Source: a virus (taxonomy: Duplodnaviria > Caudoviricetes). Taken from it: a stretch of DNA of 64,000 bases. Every line of letters begins with the position of its first letter. The stretch's first letter is position 1. The translations under genes and the position numbers were made by a program. A model generated the notes under the pieces. It had not been told where the DNA came from, made no database searches, and saw only the letters and a program-made list of their open reading frames with translations. Below are positions 1 to 8,500 of the stretch, one piece after another. Location of the stretch: the IMG/VR virus record IMGVR_UViG_3300031718_000109, positions 771 to 64,770 of that record, one strand, 5' to 3'.

Positions 1-1
1 A

Positions 2-541
2 CGCAGCGACGGCACCCTGCCCGGCTCCCCCACCTTCTACAACGAAGGCTCCTCCTGTGAGGACTACCGGCTCACGCTGGACCTCAAGGCCCTGGGCTAC
101 AAGCTGGTGTGCCCGGCCGCGTGCCGCCCGCGCACCCACGCCATGCCCACCTTCAAGAAGCTGTGGGGCCAGCGGGTGCGCTGGACCAGGGGCGCCCTGG
201 ACGACCTGCGGGAGCTGGGTTACAACAAGGTCACCCGCCGGTACTTCTGGGCGCAGTGGGCGCGGCTGTTCGCGCTGCTGTCCCCGCTGATCTACATCTC
301 CTACCTGATCTCCCTGGAGGTGCAGTACCACACGATCGTGTGGCAGCTGTTCTGGCTGTGGGTCAACGCCCTGACCATCACTGAGCGGCTGATCACCGTG
401 CGCAAGGGCGGCTGGAAGGCGATGCTGCTGGCCGCGCTGATCCTGCCGGAGCTGGCGTACGACTGGTACCTGGCCGCCGCGTACTTCACCGGAATCTACA
501 AGCACCTGCGGTCCAAGCCCGCAGAGTGGAAGGAAACCTGA
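2..541 (+). CDS. Processive GT2 polysaccharide synthase, C-terminal part (5' end lies outside the window)
   Basis: Frame is open from base 2: ...SSCEDYRLTLDL...LWGQRVRWTRG gives the (T/C)ED and QxxRW motifs, followed by TM helices. Confidence 0.85.
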   Translation, partial: RSDGTLPGSPTFYNEGSSCEDYRLTLDLKALGYKLVCPAACRPRTHAMPTFKKLWGQRVRWTRGALDDLRELGYNKVTRRYFWAQWARLFALLSPLIYISYLISLEVQYHTIVWQLFWLWVNALTITERLITVRKGGWKAMLLAALILPELAYDWYLAAAYFTGIYKHLRSKPAEWKET

Positions 542-542
542 C

Positions 543-689
543 ATGCCGCAGATCCTCACCAACCTCGGTACCGTCCCCGGCCAGCTGGGCGCCGCCGTCC
601 TGGCCATCACCATCGTCTACTCGGTACCCAACCTCAAGATCACCCTGCACGAACTGTTCACCCTGCGACGCAACAGGAAGGAATCATGA
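543..689 (+). CDS. Small membrane protein (48 aa), possible synthase accessory subunit
   Basis: MPQILTNLGTVPGQLGAAVLAITIVYSVPNLKITLHELFTLRRNRKES; one hydrophobic stretch; ATGA overlap with next gene; not in the ORF track. Confidence 0.65.
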   Translation: MPQILTNLGTVPGQLGAAVLAITIVYSVPNLKITLHELFTLRRNRKES

Positions 690-1738
690 ACCGCCGCATC
701 ATCCCCGCCGCCCTCGCAGCCTTGGCGCTGGCCGCCGCTTTAACGGGCTGCTCCTCACTGCACACCCCCGCCCAGGCCGCACCGCTGCCGCCGGGCACCA
801 CCGAGACCGCGCCCGCCCCGCGCCCGGTGCCGGTCTCCGTCCACCCCGTCGCTGACATCCCGGTCCTCGCCTGGCACCAGGTCATCGGCGGCGTCGCCAC
901 CACAGCGGCGGAAGACCAGATCTGGGACTACAACAAGGACTGCGCCCCCACCGCCCCGGTCTGCAACGCGCCGGGCAACCCGGAGACCGTCTCCCTGACG
1001 CAGCTGGGCAGTCAGCTGACGTGGCTGGCCAGCCAGGGCTACTCCTCGGTCACCGCCGCGCAGTACCAGGCGTGGGCCGCGCACCAGCCGGTGGCGCTGC
1101 CGCAGCGCCCGATCCTGCTGACGACTGATGACAGCACGATCAACGAGGCTGCCGGGGTCACCCGGCTGCTCCAGCAGCACGGCTTTAGCATGGTGATGTT
1201 CGTCGTCACGCAGTTCGCGGACGGAGCGTCCGCGAACCAGGAGCCGTACGCCGGGTGGAACTTCACCTGGTCACAGTTGGGGCAGCTTCCCGCCGCGCAG
1301 TGGTCGTTCGCGTTCCACGCCGGGGCGGCAGGTCACAACGTTGCCTACCCCAACAACCCCGGCTCCACCTACTACTACCCGACGCAGCTGCCCACGGAGT
1401 CCGCCGCGCAGTATGAGCAGCGGGTGAGCACGGAGATCATCCAGGGCCGCGCTGAGCTCAGCAAGCAGCTGGGGGCCCGCGTAAACACCGCCATGTGGGC
1501 GGTACCGTGGAATGACCTGGCACAGCCGGACCACCCCACCTCAGGGGCCACCCCGGCGGCGTGGCTGCCCGGATGGGCGGCCACCCAGTTCCCGATCATT
1601 TTCCTGCAAGACCCGCCGCGCAACGGCGTACTGCACGAGCGCTACCGGCTCGAAGTCGAAGGGACCTGGAGCCTGGCCACGTTCCAGAACAACTTCCTGG
1701 GCAACGTGCGAAACGGGTTCTTCAACCTGGCGGCTTAG
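686..1738 (+). CDS. CE4 polysaccharide deacetylase lipoprotein (IcaB/PgaB-like)
   Basis: Lipobox LTGC; IPVLAWHQV; ILLTTDDS (TFDD-like); FHAGAAGH; WAVPWND (YPYG-like). Confidence 0.75.
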   Translation: MNRRIIPAALAALALAAALTGCSSLHTPAQAAPLPPGTTETAPAPRPVPVSVHPVADIPVLAWHQVIGGVATTAAEDQIWDYNKDCAPTAPVCNAPGNPETVSLTQLGSQLTWLASQGYSSVTAAQYQAWAAHQPVALPQRPILLTTDDSTINEAAGVTRLLQQHGFSMVMFVVTQFADGASANQEPYAGWNFTWSQLGQLPAAQWSFAFHAGAAGHNVAYPNNPGSTYYYPTQLPTESAAQYEQRVSTEIIQGRAELSKQLGARVNTAMWAVPWNDLAQPDHPTSGATPAAWLPGWAATQFPIIFLQDPPRNGVLHERYRLEVEGTWSLATFQNNFLGNVRNGFFNLAA

Positions 1739-2691
1739 TGCCAGCGCACCGATACCAGCGCCGTAGCATACTGAAACTCGCCCTACTCGCCTTAGCCGGT
1801 ACCCCGGCCCTAGGCAGTGATACCGAGAGGAACGCCCCTATGCCCAGGCACGGCCACCACCACCGTCACCACCCCACCCCGCCGCCGACTCCCACTCCGA
1901 CGCCTGTCCCGACGCCCACGCCGCCGTCCCCGCCTACCCCGGTGCCCGCGCCGTCTCCGGTCACCACGCTGGTGCCGCCGACTCCGGCTCCGGCTGCCGG
2001 GTTCACGTTCGCGGAGGAGTTCACCGGCGCCGCCGGTACCTACCCCTCGGCTAAGAACTGGGCGCCGCAGACCGGGCAGGGGATCTGGGGTACCGGGGAG
2101 GTGGAGATGATGACCAGCGACCCGGCGAACGCGTATGTGAACGGTGCGGGACAGCTGGTGATCGCCTGCACCAGCGACGGGCAGGGCGGGTTCAACTCCG
2201 CGCGGCTCCAGTCCACGCACTCCCAGATGTACGGCACGTGGGAGATTTGCGCGAAGATCAACCCGGTTGCGGGCGGCTGGCCCGCTATCTGGTTCATGGG
2301 CAACAACGGTCAGTGGCCGCACAACGGCGAGGCCGACCTGGTGGAGAACTACGGGCCCACCAGCAACGGCGGGCAGTCCCAGTCCACGGTGCATTCCTCC
2401 GGCACCAACGGCAACCCGTCCAAGGATGTGAACTTCCCGGGCGATGACAAGTGGCACATCTACAAGATGGTGTGGACCCAGGGAAAGATCGAGTTCTTCG
2501 TGGACGGTAAGGCGACGCTCACGGTGACCTCTGCGGAGTTCCCGGCTGGGCAGTGGCCGTTCGACAACAACGGCGGGATGTACTGCATCCTGAACGTGGC
2601 TGCGGGCGGTGAGGGCACGAACTATGTCAACCCGCTGGCGGATGCGCTGCCGGTGTTGATGGAAGTGGACTACGTGCACGCCTGGGCGTAG
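1738..2691 (+). CDS. GH16 glycoside hydrolase with Tat signal and Pro/Thr linker
   Basis: GTG at 1738 overlaps the upstream TAG; QRRSILK twin-arginine signal; SARL, WPAIW and catalytic GEADLVE motifs. Confidence 0.85.
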   Translation: MPAHRYQRRSILKLALLALAGTPALGSDTERNAPMPRHGHHHRHHPTPPPTPTPTPVPTPTPPSPPTPVPAPSPVTTLVPPTPAPAAGFTFAEEFTGAAGTYPSAKNWAPQTGQGIWGTGEVEMMTSDPANAYVNGAGQLVIACTSDGQGGFNSARLQSTHSQMYGTWEICAKINPVAGGWPAIWFMGNNGQWPHNGEADLVENYGPTSNGGQSQSTVHSSGTNGNPSKDVNFPGDDKWHIYKMVWTQGKIEFFVDGKATLTVTSAEFPAGQWPFDNNGGMYCILNVAAGGEGTNYVNPLADALPVLMEVDYVHAWA

Positions 2692-2697
2692 CAGGCC

Positions 2698-2730
2698 GGG
2701 GGCCCGCCAATCCCGGGCGGGCCCCCCTTT
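2698..2730 (+). terminator. Intrinsic terminator
   Basis: gggggcccgcc...ggcgggccccc hairpin followed by ttt. Confidence 0.6.
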
Positions 2731-2775
2731 CCCACCCCGCGCACTGTGCTACATGACTTATGGGAAGGAGAAGAC

Positions 2776-3054
2776 GTGCAAGAACTGATCAAAGCCGCAG
2801 CGAAGGTGCTGGAGGCCGCCGGGTTCCACCCCGCCGAGTACGACAGGCATGGCAGGAAGGTCACCCGCCTGGGGTTTGTGATCGAGGAGACCGAGGAGCC
2901 CGGGACGCTGTACATCGCCAGAGACCAGTACGCGTCGCTTCCGGCCCGCGCGGAGGTGCGCCAGCAGATGGCAAAGGCGTATGCGCGGGAGCTGGATGCG
3001 GCGGGGTGGCGTACGCAGGTGCGGTCCCAGTTTCTGTTGGCGAGGCGTCCTTGA
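2776..3054 (+). CDS. Hypothetical protein
   Basis: GTG preceded by GAAGGAG RBS. Confidence 0.55.
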   Translation: MQELIKAAAKVLEAAGFHPAEYDRHGRKVTRLGFVIEETEEPGTLYIARDQYASLPARAEVRQQMAKAYARELDAAGWRTQVRSQFLLARRP

Positions 3055-3063
3055 CGTGGGGAG

Positions 3064-3097
3064 TTGTGGTCCACCGCCCGGCTATGCTACGCTACTC
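3064..3097 (+). promoter_or_regulatory. Repeated phage promoter motif
   Basis: TTGTGG-18-TACGCT with TGC extension and ACTC. Confidence 0.65.
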
Positions 3098-3140
3098 TTG
3101 TAGCGCGAAGGACGCGCCACCGGACCAGGAGGCAACCACC

Positions 3141-3560
3141 ATGAACATCAACTGCGGACACTGCCACAACACCCACCCCTCCGTCGCCGACGTTCGCACC
3201 TGCTCCACCTCCCGCAAGGCCCCGCACCCCAGCAGTACCCGCCGCCCGGCCCGCCGTCAGCCCACGCTGACCTACCCGAACAACCCGTTCTTCCAGGCCC
3301 ACCTGGACGCGGAGCTGGCCTACTCGGTCGGCGGCGACTCAACACTGACCCGACGCCAGGCGACGGCACGAGTGATCAACGAGTTCCTGAACAGCGGCCA
3401 CCCGGACAAGGCGATGGAGTGCGGCAACTGCCGCACCGACGGCGCCTGGTGGCGCCCGACGGTCGGCGCGGTGATGTGCATCAACTGCCGCTCCGTGCGC
3501 GTCGGACGGTACGACAAGGAGACCGGCAACGTCACCATCAGCTGGACCAAGGGCAGCTAA
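3141..3560 (+). CDS. Hypothetical Zn-binding protein
   Basis: AGGAGG RBS; MNINCGHCHNTHPSVADVRTC plus C-terminal CxxC...CxxC. Confidence 0.7.
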   Translation: MNINCGHCHNTHPSVADVRTCSTSRKAPHPSSTRRPARRQPTLTYPNNPFFQAHLDAELAYSVGGDSTLTRRQATARVINEFLNSGHPDKAMECGNCRTDGAWWRPTVGAVMCINCRSVRVGRYDKETGNVTISWTKGS

Positions 3561-3573
3561 GCCAGGACTCACG

Positions 3574-3623
3574 GTAGGGGCCCCCGCAAGGGGGCCCGCC
3601 GGGTTCGACCCCCGGCAGTCTAC
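3574..3623 (+). ncRNA. Small tRNA-like structured element
   Basis: GGCCCCC-GCAA-GGGGGCC hairpin plus T-arm GCCGGG-TTCGACC-CCCGGC closed by GTAGG/TCTAC. Confidence 0.4.
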
Positions 3624-3803
3624 GAAGCCCGCACCCAGCGGGCCCCAGGAAAGGGGAGAACACCATCATGCACCTGCCGCTGCACGTGATCCTGCTGGAG
3701 TTCTTCTCCGCCTACGCCACCTACGTAGCCACCCACCTAGCCGCCCGGCCTGCCGTGCGGCGGGCTGAGGCATGGTGGGACGAACGCCACGAAAGGAGAA
3801 CCC

Positions 3804-4805
3804 ATGCCCGAACCGCAACAGATCCGCGACGCCATCAACGCCGGGGCCCGCAGCACCCGGGACCTAGCACAGGCCTGCAATGTCTCCCCCTCAGCGATCA
3901 ACAAGACCCTGAACCAGATGCCCGACGGGGACCAGATGCGCGCACGCCTGACCGCGCCCATCAACAGGAGCACCAGGCCGCTCATCGAGTACGGAGGGGA
4001 AATCAAAACCCCCGCCGCGTGGGCGCGCGATGAACGGGTGACCGTGTCCGGCACACTCATCAGCCAGCGCCTGAACTACGGCTGGCCGGTTGAAGACGCC
4101 CTGTTCCGCCCCGTCCAGTACGGGCGCGGCCAGGTCAGCACGCCGCTCACCGCCCTGGACATCGCAGCGATCCGCGTGTACGCCGAGCACTACACGCAGG
4201 ACCCGCCGCCGCACGGCCTTGCGCAGCTCACTGCGGACCTGCTGCGCGGCGGCGCGTCCGTCTCAGCCATCGCCCGCGTCGCTGACCACCAGCAGTCCTA
4301 CACTGTGCAGCTGTGGGCTTCCCACGCCGGGTACATTGCCCCGTACCTCCTGGACCAGCACCAGAAGATCCGCGACGCCATCAAGGCGGGCGCCGCCACC
4401 ATGAAAGACGTCGCCGACGCCTTCGGCACAGGCAGGGAACGTATCCGGCAGCTGATGCTGTCTATGCCTGACCGCGACGAACTCGTCAAGGTGCTGCACA
4501 CGAACGTGTCCGGGGTCCCGTCCCAGCGCAGGCGCGGCGCACGCACCCTGACGGACAAGGAACTCGCAAAGCTCCTGCACCTCCAGGAAGCTGCCAATGA
4601 GCCGCGTGAAGGCGCGTCAAAGGACGTCAACCGCGCCGTGGAGCAGCGCGACACCTACGCGCGGGCGCTGCGTGACGCGGGGGTAGCCGCACAGAACATC
4701 GCGGACGCCTGCGAGGTGACGCTGGCCACGGTGCACCGGTGGACCAGCCCGTCCAAGCAGTACCGGCGGGCCCTGCGCAACAAGCGCGGCTCCAAGAGGC
4801 GCTAA
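3804..4805 (+). CDS. Multi-HTH DNA-binding protein
   Basis: Duplicated IRDAIxAGA...MPD HTH units, two further HTH units, and an IEYGGEIKT...RLNYGW..EDAL module. Confidence 0.7.
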   Translation: MPEPQQIRDAINAGARSTRDLAQACNVSPSAINKTLNQMPDGDQMRARLTAPINRSTRPLIEYGGEIKTPAAWARDERVTVSGTLISQRLNYGWPVEDALFRPVQYGRGQVSTPLTALDIAAIRVYAEHYTQDPPPHGLAQLTADLLRGGASVSAIARVADHQQSYTVQLWASHAGYIAPYLLDQHQKIRDAIKAGAATMKDVADAFGTGRERIRQLMLSMPDRDELVKVLHTNVSGVPSQRRRGARTLTDKELAKLLHLQEAANEPREGASKDVNRAVEQRDTYARALRDAGVAAQNIADACEVTLATVHRWTSPSKQYRRALRNKRGSKRR

Positions 4806-4821
4806 GGAACCCGGGAAACAC

Positions 4822-4860
4822 AAAAGGAGCCCCATGAGCCCTGAGGCTCATGGGGCTTTC
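4822..4860. terminator. Bidirectional terminator between convergent genes
   Basis: agccccatgagcc-ctga-ggctcatggggct with flanking A/T runs. Confidence 0.75.
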
Positions 4861-4879
4861 CCCTACTCCCGGGTAGATC

Positions 4880-5866
4880 CTAGCCTGCGATACCCAGGGC
4901 GGCGTCCGTGTGCGCGCCGACGATGCCGTCTGCTAGTAGGCCGTGGCTCTGCTGGAACGCCACCACCGCCCCGGCGGTGAGTACTCCGGCTTCCCCGTCT
5001 ACTTGCAGATGCGCGCCGTGCGCGTTCAAGGCGTTCTGCACGGTCTTGGTGCGGGCGGTCAGCGCACCCCAGGTCAGGGGGCCGACTTGACCATCAATGT
5101 GGAGGCCGCTGTCAAGCTGGAACGCGCGCACCGCCGCGAGGGTGTCGCCGCCGAAGTTTCCGTCCACACCCTTGGGGTCCTGTCCGGCCAGCATGAGGGA
5201 CCGCTGTAGCACCACCACCCACGGCCCTGTGGCGCCCTGTACCACGCTGGGGCGGCCCGGAGCGGGCGTGGGGCCCGGCCCGGCGCCGGAGGGCGCCCAC
5301 TGCCCGTACAGGGCCGTCATGGCCTCATCCAGGTCCACGCTGACACCGCCGAGCTCCTGATCGTTGAGCGACTGCCGGAGCACCGCCCGCGCATCCCACA
5401 CCCCGCCGGACCACGCGTAGGTCTGCCAACCCCAACCAAACCCGGCGTCCAACGCGGTGCGCACCGACTCCAAGCCGCCGTACACCCCGACACGAGCCTT
5501 GGAGCCCTCCGCGTCAGCCACACCGTGCAAGTAGTCCAACACGGTGCTGGTCTGGCCGGGGGTCTGCGGGAAATCCACCGCATAGTAGATAGGCAACCCC
5601 GCCGGGAACCCCAGGCCGTTAGCCTGCGCCCGCGCCGCCGCACCATCACTCATGCCCTGGTTGTAACCGCCCAGCGCCTCAGTGCCAGAGGTTTCCCACA
5701 CCAGCACGATAGAGATCCCGGCGGCGTGCAACGCGTCCCGCTCAGACGGTGAGAGGTTCTTGGACGGGTCAGTAGACAGGTACCGCACCGCGAACGAGAT
5801 CCCCGCCGCCTTCATCGCAGCGATCGGCGCCGTACCCCACGCGTAGTCACACCCGGCAATGGTCAT
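4880..5866 (-). CDS. Endolysin (DUF1906/GH25-like domain plus peptidoglycan-binding domains)
   Basis: GCDYAW..FAVRYLS, PIYYAVD, VGVYGG, WQTYAWS; repeated DGxxGxxT PG-binding motifs. Confidence 0.85.
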   Translation of the reverse strand: MTIAGCDYAWGTAPIAAMKAAGISFAVRYLSTDPSKNLSPSERDALHAAGISIVLVWETSGTEALGGYNQGMSDGAAARAQANGLGFPAGLPIYYAVDFPQTPGQTSTVLDYLHGVADAEGSKARVGVYGGLESVRTALDAGFGWGWQTYAWSGGVWDARAVLRQSLNDQELGGVSVDLDEAMTALYGQWAPSGAGPGPTPAPGRPSVVQGATGPWVVVLQRSLMLAGQDPKGVDGNFGGDTLAAVRAFQLDSGLHIDGQVGPLTWGALTARTKTVQNALNAHGAHLQVDGEAGVLTAGAVVAFQQSHGLLADGIVGAHTDAALGIAG

Positions 5867-6213
5867 TGGCTCACGTCTTCCTCATTGATAAACAGCGGAG
5901 AATTAGCATGCCTCGGTGTGGAGTCGTTCTGTACTGACCAGATCACCCACAGCCGCCACAGGGTAACCAGCCCAACCGTCGTGAGGGCGAACCCGGTGTA
6001 CCAGGGGAAAAACCCTTCTCGCGGGTTGAACCCGAACATGTAACGCAACGCCGAGGGCAGCAGCGTCACCGTGAGCGCCGCATCCAGCGCAACGATCGCC
6101 CGGCCGACCGTGTACCGCCACCACGGAGAGATGACCGTGTACCCAACGATGAACACGACCGACGACCAGAACTCAAACAGCAGCGCCCACTCATCGAACT
6201 TTGCCACGCCCAT
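5863..6213 (-). CDS. Holin-like membrane protein
   Basis: Three TM segments; adjacent to endolysin. Confidence 0.6.
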   Translation of the reverse strand: MGVAKFDEWALLFEFWSSVVFIVGYTVISPWWRYTVGRAIVALDAALTVTLLPSALRYMFGFNPREGFFPWYTGFALTTVGLVTLWRLWVIWSVQNDSTPRHANSPLFINEEDVSQ

Positions 6214-6421
6214 TGGTATGCCCCTCTCCGTAGGAAGCCTTGATCAAGGCTTCCACGCGTTCCGACATGTGGTTAGCGGCGCGCACGCGGCGCAGCCATG
6301 CGCCGAGGGCTTCCGCCTCCGGTGAACGCTCCAGGGTCTCCTCAAGGGCTCGCCGGGACTCCTCCAATGCTCGGAGGGCTTCCGGGCATGCCTGCTTGCG
6401 TCGGCGCCACCACATTGGCAT
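6191..6421 (-). CDS. Small lysis-cassette protein
   Basis: MPMWWRRR...ANHMSERVE; overlaps neighbours in operon style. Confidence 0.5.
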   Translation of the reverse strand: MPMWWRRRKQACPEALRALEESRRALEETLERSPEAEALGAWLRRVRAANHMSERVEALIKASYGEGHTNGRGKVR

Positions 6422-6686
6422 TATCACCTGCTCCAGGGGGGACGACAGGTAGGGACCGCAGAACCACGGCTGAGGCTCTGGCTGCTTCCAACAGTTGCCC
6501 GGTGTGCTCAGCTTCAACGCGCCGCGTCTGTTCCGAAAGCGTGTAGGCCTCACGCCACAGGTCCCGGTCCCTCTCCATATCCTTCAAGTTCCTTCGGGGC
6601 ACCAGCCTTCCCGTGAGAATAAGGATCACCGTCAGAGCCAGCAGGCTCGGGCCTCCGTACGTACCCAGCAGAACCGTGATCGTCAT
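6342..6686 (-). CDS. Membrane-anchored lysis-cassette protein
   Basis: N-terminal TM, then GRLVPR..RDLWREAY coiled coil. Confidence 0.6.
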   Translation of the reverse strand: MTITVLLGTYGGPSLLALTVILILTGRLVPRRNLKDMERDRDLWREAYTLSEQTRRVEAEHTGQLLEAARASAVVLRSLPVVPPGAGDNANVVAPTQAGMPGSPPSIGGVPASP

Positions 6687-7113
6687 CGCTCTCCCCGGAG
6701 CCTGAACCCGCTACGGCCTCACCCGTCAGCAGTGCCCTGATCTGGTCCAGTTCATGCAGCAGCAACTCCACATCATCGTAAGTCTGCTCCGCCCGTGCGT
6801 CAGAGGCGCGACCCTGGATGTTCTGGCCCACCATCAAGGCAGGGAGCAGGATCAGCTGAATCCAGTTCGAAGACACCCAGTTCACGATCACCGTCGGTGA
6901 GCCAGAAGAAAACGCGGACTTCGCCGACGCCGATGCGAGCAGGTTGAACAGGTAGAAGCAGTACATCGTACCGACCGCGCGTGTCACGATCTGCGCGAAC
7001 CGAGCGTTGAACCGGCCGATCCGGCTGTCGGTCGGATGCTGGTCGGCCAGCTTGATGGGCCCTTGTTCTTTCCTCGCCGCAATGTGCGGGTGCGGTACGT
7101 GGCCTGACGCCAT
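6550..7113 (-). CDS. DUF1003-like membrane protein
   Basis: RFNARFAQIVTRAVGTM, WIQLILLPALMVGQN...RAEQTY. Confidence 0.6.
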   Translation of the reverse strand: MASGHVPHPHIAARKEQGPIKLADQHPTDSRIGRFNARFAQIVTRAVGTMYCFYLFNLLASASAKSAFSSGSPTVIVNWVSSNWIQLILLPALMVGQNIQGRASDARAEQTYDDVELLLHELDQIRALLTGEAVAGSGSGESDDDHGSAGYVRRPEPAGSDGDPYSHGKAGAPKELEGYGEGPGPVA

Positions 7114-7167
7114 GGGCGTGACGCTCCTGACGGTAATCTGCGTGGCAGTAAACTGCGAGTTATGGGC

Positions 7168-7647
7168 ATGACGAGAACGGACCCGGCCGAACGCTTCTGG
7201 AGACACGTCGACAAGGCGGGCCCCGATGAGTGCTGGCCGTGGTCAAGCAGGGTTGAGCCGAACGGCTACGCGAGATACAGGCCTGATCCTGAAACGCCCA
7301 GGGTCGGTGCCCATGTGTTCTCGTTCCTGCTTGCCGGGGGCGTACTACCTCCCGGCTGGACGGTAGATCACCAGTGCCACGACCCGGAGGTCTGTACGCG
7401 GGGGATGAAGTGCCCTCACCGTAGATGCGTAAACCCTGCGCACCTTGCCGCCATGACCATGGCGGACAACGCGATGCGCGGCGGCAGCCCGGCGGCGGTA
7501 AACAGACGGAAAACCCACTGCCCGCAGAATCACCCGTTGAGCGGGGAGAACCTGGTCATCAATACCCAGGGTGCACGGGTCTGTATAACATGCCGCCGTG
7601 AAGCCGACAGGCGGCACGCCGCAAGGAGGCGCCCGCTAACCCCTTAG
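7168..7647 (+). CDS. HNH homing endonuclease
   Basis: RFWRHVDK..ECWPW, AHVFS, VDHQC..RCVNPAHL, KTHCPQNH..CITC; opposite strand to its neighbours. Confidence 0.85.
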   Translation: MTRTDPAERFWRHVDKAGPDECWPWSSRVEPNGYARYRPDPETPRVGAHVFSFLLAGGVLPPGWTVDHQCHDPEVCTRGMKCPHRRCVNPAHLAAMTMADNAMRGGSPAAVNRRKTHCPQNHPLSGENLVINTQGARVCITCRREADRRHAARRRPLTP

Positions 7648-7665
7648 CGGAGGGTGGTCGGCACC

Positions 7666-7821
7666 TTAAGGCCCCTCAGGATCCGTGTGCGCCTGCACTG
7701 TCTCGGTGACATGCGTTTTCAGCTGCCGCGTCTGGATACGCAGCTGCACCCACGTAGTGATCGCGCAGCACGCCACCGTAGCCGCCCCGGTGATCATCGC
7801 GGCGAGGACCGTGGGGCTCAC
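7666..7821 (-). CDS. Small membrane protein
   Basis: GTG overlaps the upstream stop; hydrophobic N-terminus. Confidence 0.45.
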   Translation of the reverse strand: MSPTVLAAMITGAATVACCAITTWVQLRIQTRQLKTHVTETVQAHTDPEGP

Positions 7822-8267
7822 GGCGAAGGTAGATCCGCTGCCGGGATGAACTCTACGGTGGCCCGGGTCCCCGCGCGGTGGTACCGCAGCCCCTCCCATA
7901 GCGCCGCCGGGATCACGTGGACCCCGAAATGTGAAGTATGGTGGTTGGCGCACAATACCTCCAGGTTTCCCGGTGACTCAACCCACTGCTGGAACGCCTC
8001 GTCATCCTCAAAGTGCAACCCCAACGCCTTCTCAATGCGCGCCGGGTCTACCGCGTTGATCTCCGAGAACTCCACATGCGAGTGGTGTAGCGCAAGCTCA
8101 CCGCCGCACAGATCATCCGAGATAGCGCACACCCACAAGCCCTGCCGTTTGATCCGTGCTTTCGCCCGCTCAAACAGGTGGTAGTGCGGGTCATCCTCAC
8201 GCGGCGCGTGCTCAGCGACATGCTGAAGGATGTGGATCGTGGAGCGCTGCTCGTGTGCGTCAGGCAT
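7818..8267 (-). CDS. HNH-like protein
   Basis: CAI..C..LALHH...NLEVLCANHH..GVH. Confidence 0.55.
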   Translation of the reverse strand: MPDAHEQRSTIHILQHVAEHAPREDDPHYHLFERAKARIKRQGLWVCAISDDLCGGELALHHSHVEFSEINAVDPARIEKALGLHFEDDEAFQQWVESPGNLEVLCANHHTSHFGVHVIPAALWEGLRYHRAGTRATVEFIPAADLPSP

Positions 8268-8499
8268 CAGTAACCCCCAACCCAAGCCGCCGTCCCAGCT
8301 CCCGCACGATCGGATCCGGGTGCGCCGCTACCGTGTCGCTCAGCTGCTTGTCCGCAGCCGCCTGCTGCTGCGCCTTGGCAACGTACGCGGCTTCCGCCTC
8401 CCGCTGCGCGGCCCACTCCTCATCCGTCAGCGGGGTACTGGTAACGGCCCCAGACGCACAGTCCACCTCAACGTGGACCGGCCTCACATTATCAAGCAT
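8260..8499 (-). CDS. Small tail-associated protein
   Basis: VEVDC.SG...PLTDEE motif, located after the tail genes. Confidence 0.5.
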   Translation of the reverse strand: MLDNVRPVHVEVDCASGAVTSTPLTDEEWAAQREAEAAYVAKAQQQAAADKQLSDTVAAHPDPIVRELGRRLGLGVTDA

Positions 8500-8500
8500 A

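Noticed and set aside
1840-1997. CAC and CCGACT-like repeats
   Set aside because: They encode the His-rich and Pro/Thr linker of the GH16 protein; not a separate repeat element.
2745-2760. Twelfth promoter motif copy (TGCTACATGACTT)
   Set aside because: It lacks the final T of the -10 hexamer, so it was not counted, although it sits before an RBS and may be a weak copy.
3668-4033. 121-aa ORF with RBS and hydrophobic N-terminus
   Set aside because: It overlaps the HTH gene by 230 nt and the overlapping part looks like off-frame sequence; the N-terminal part may be real but is unsupported.
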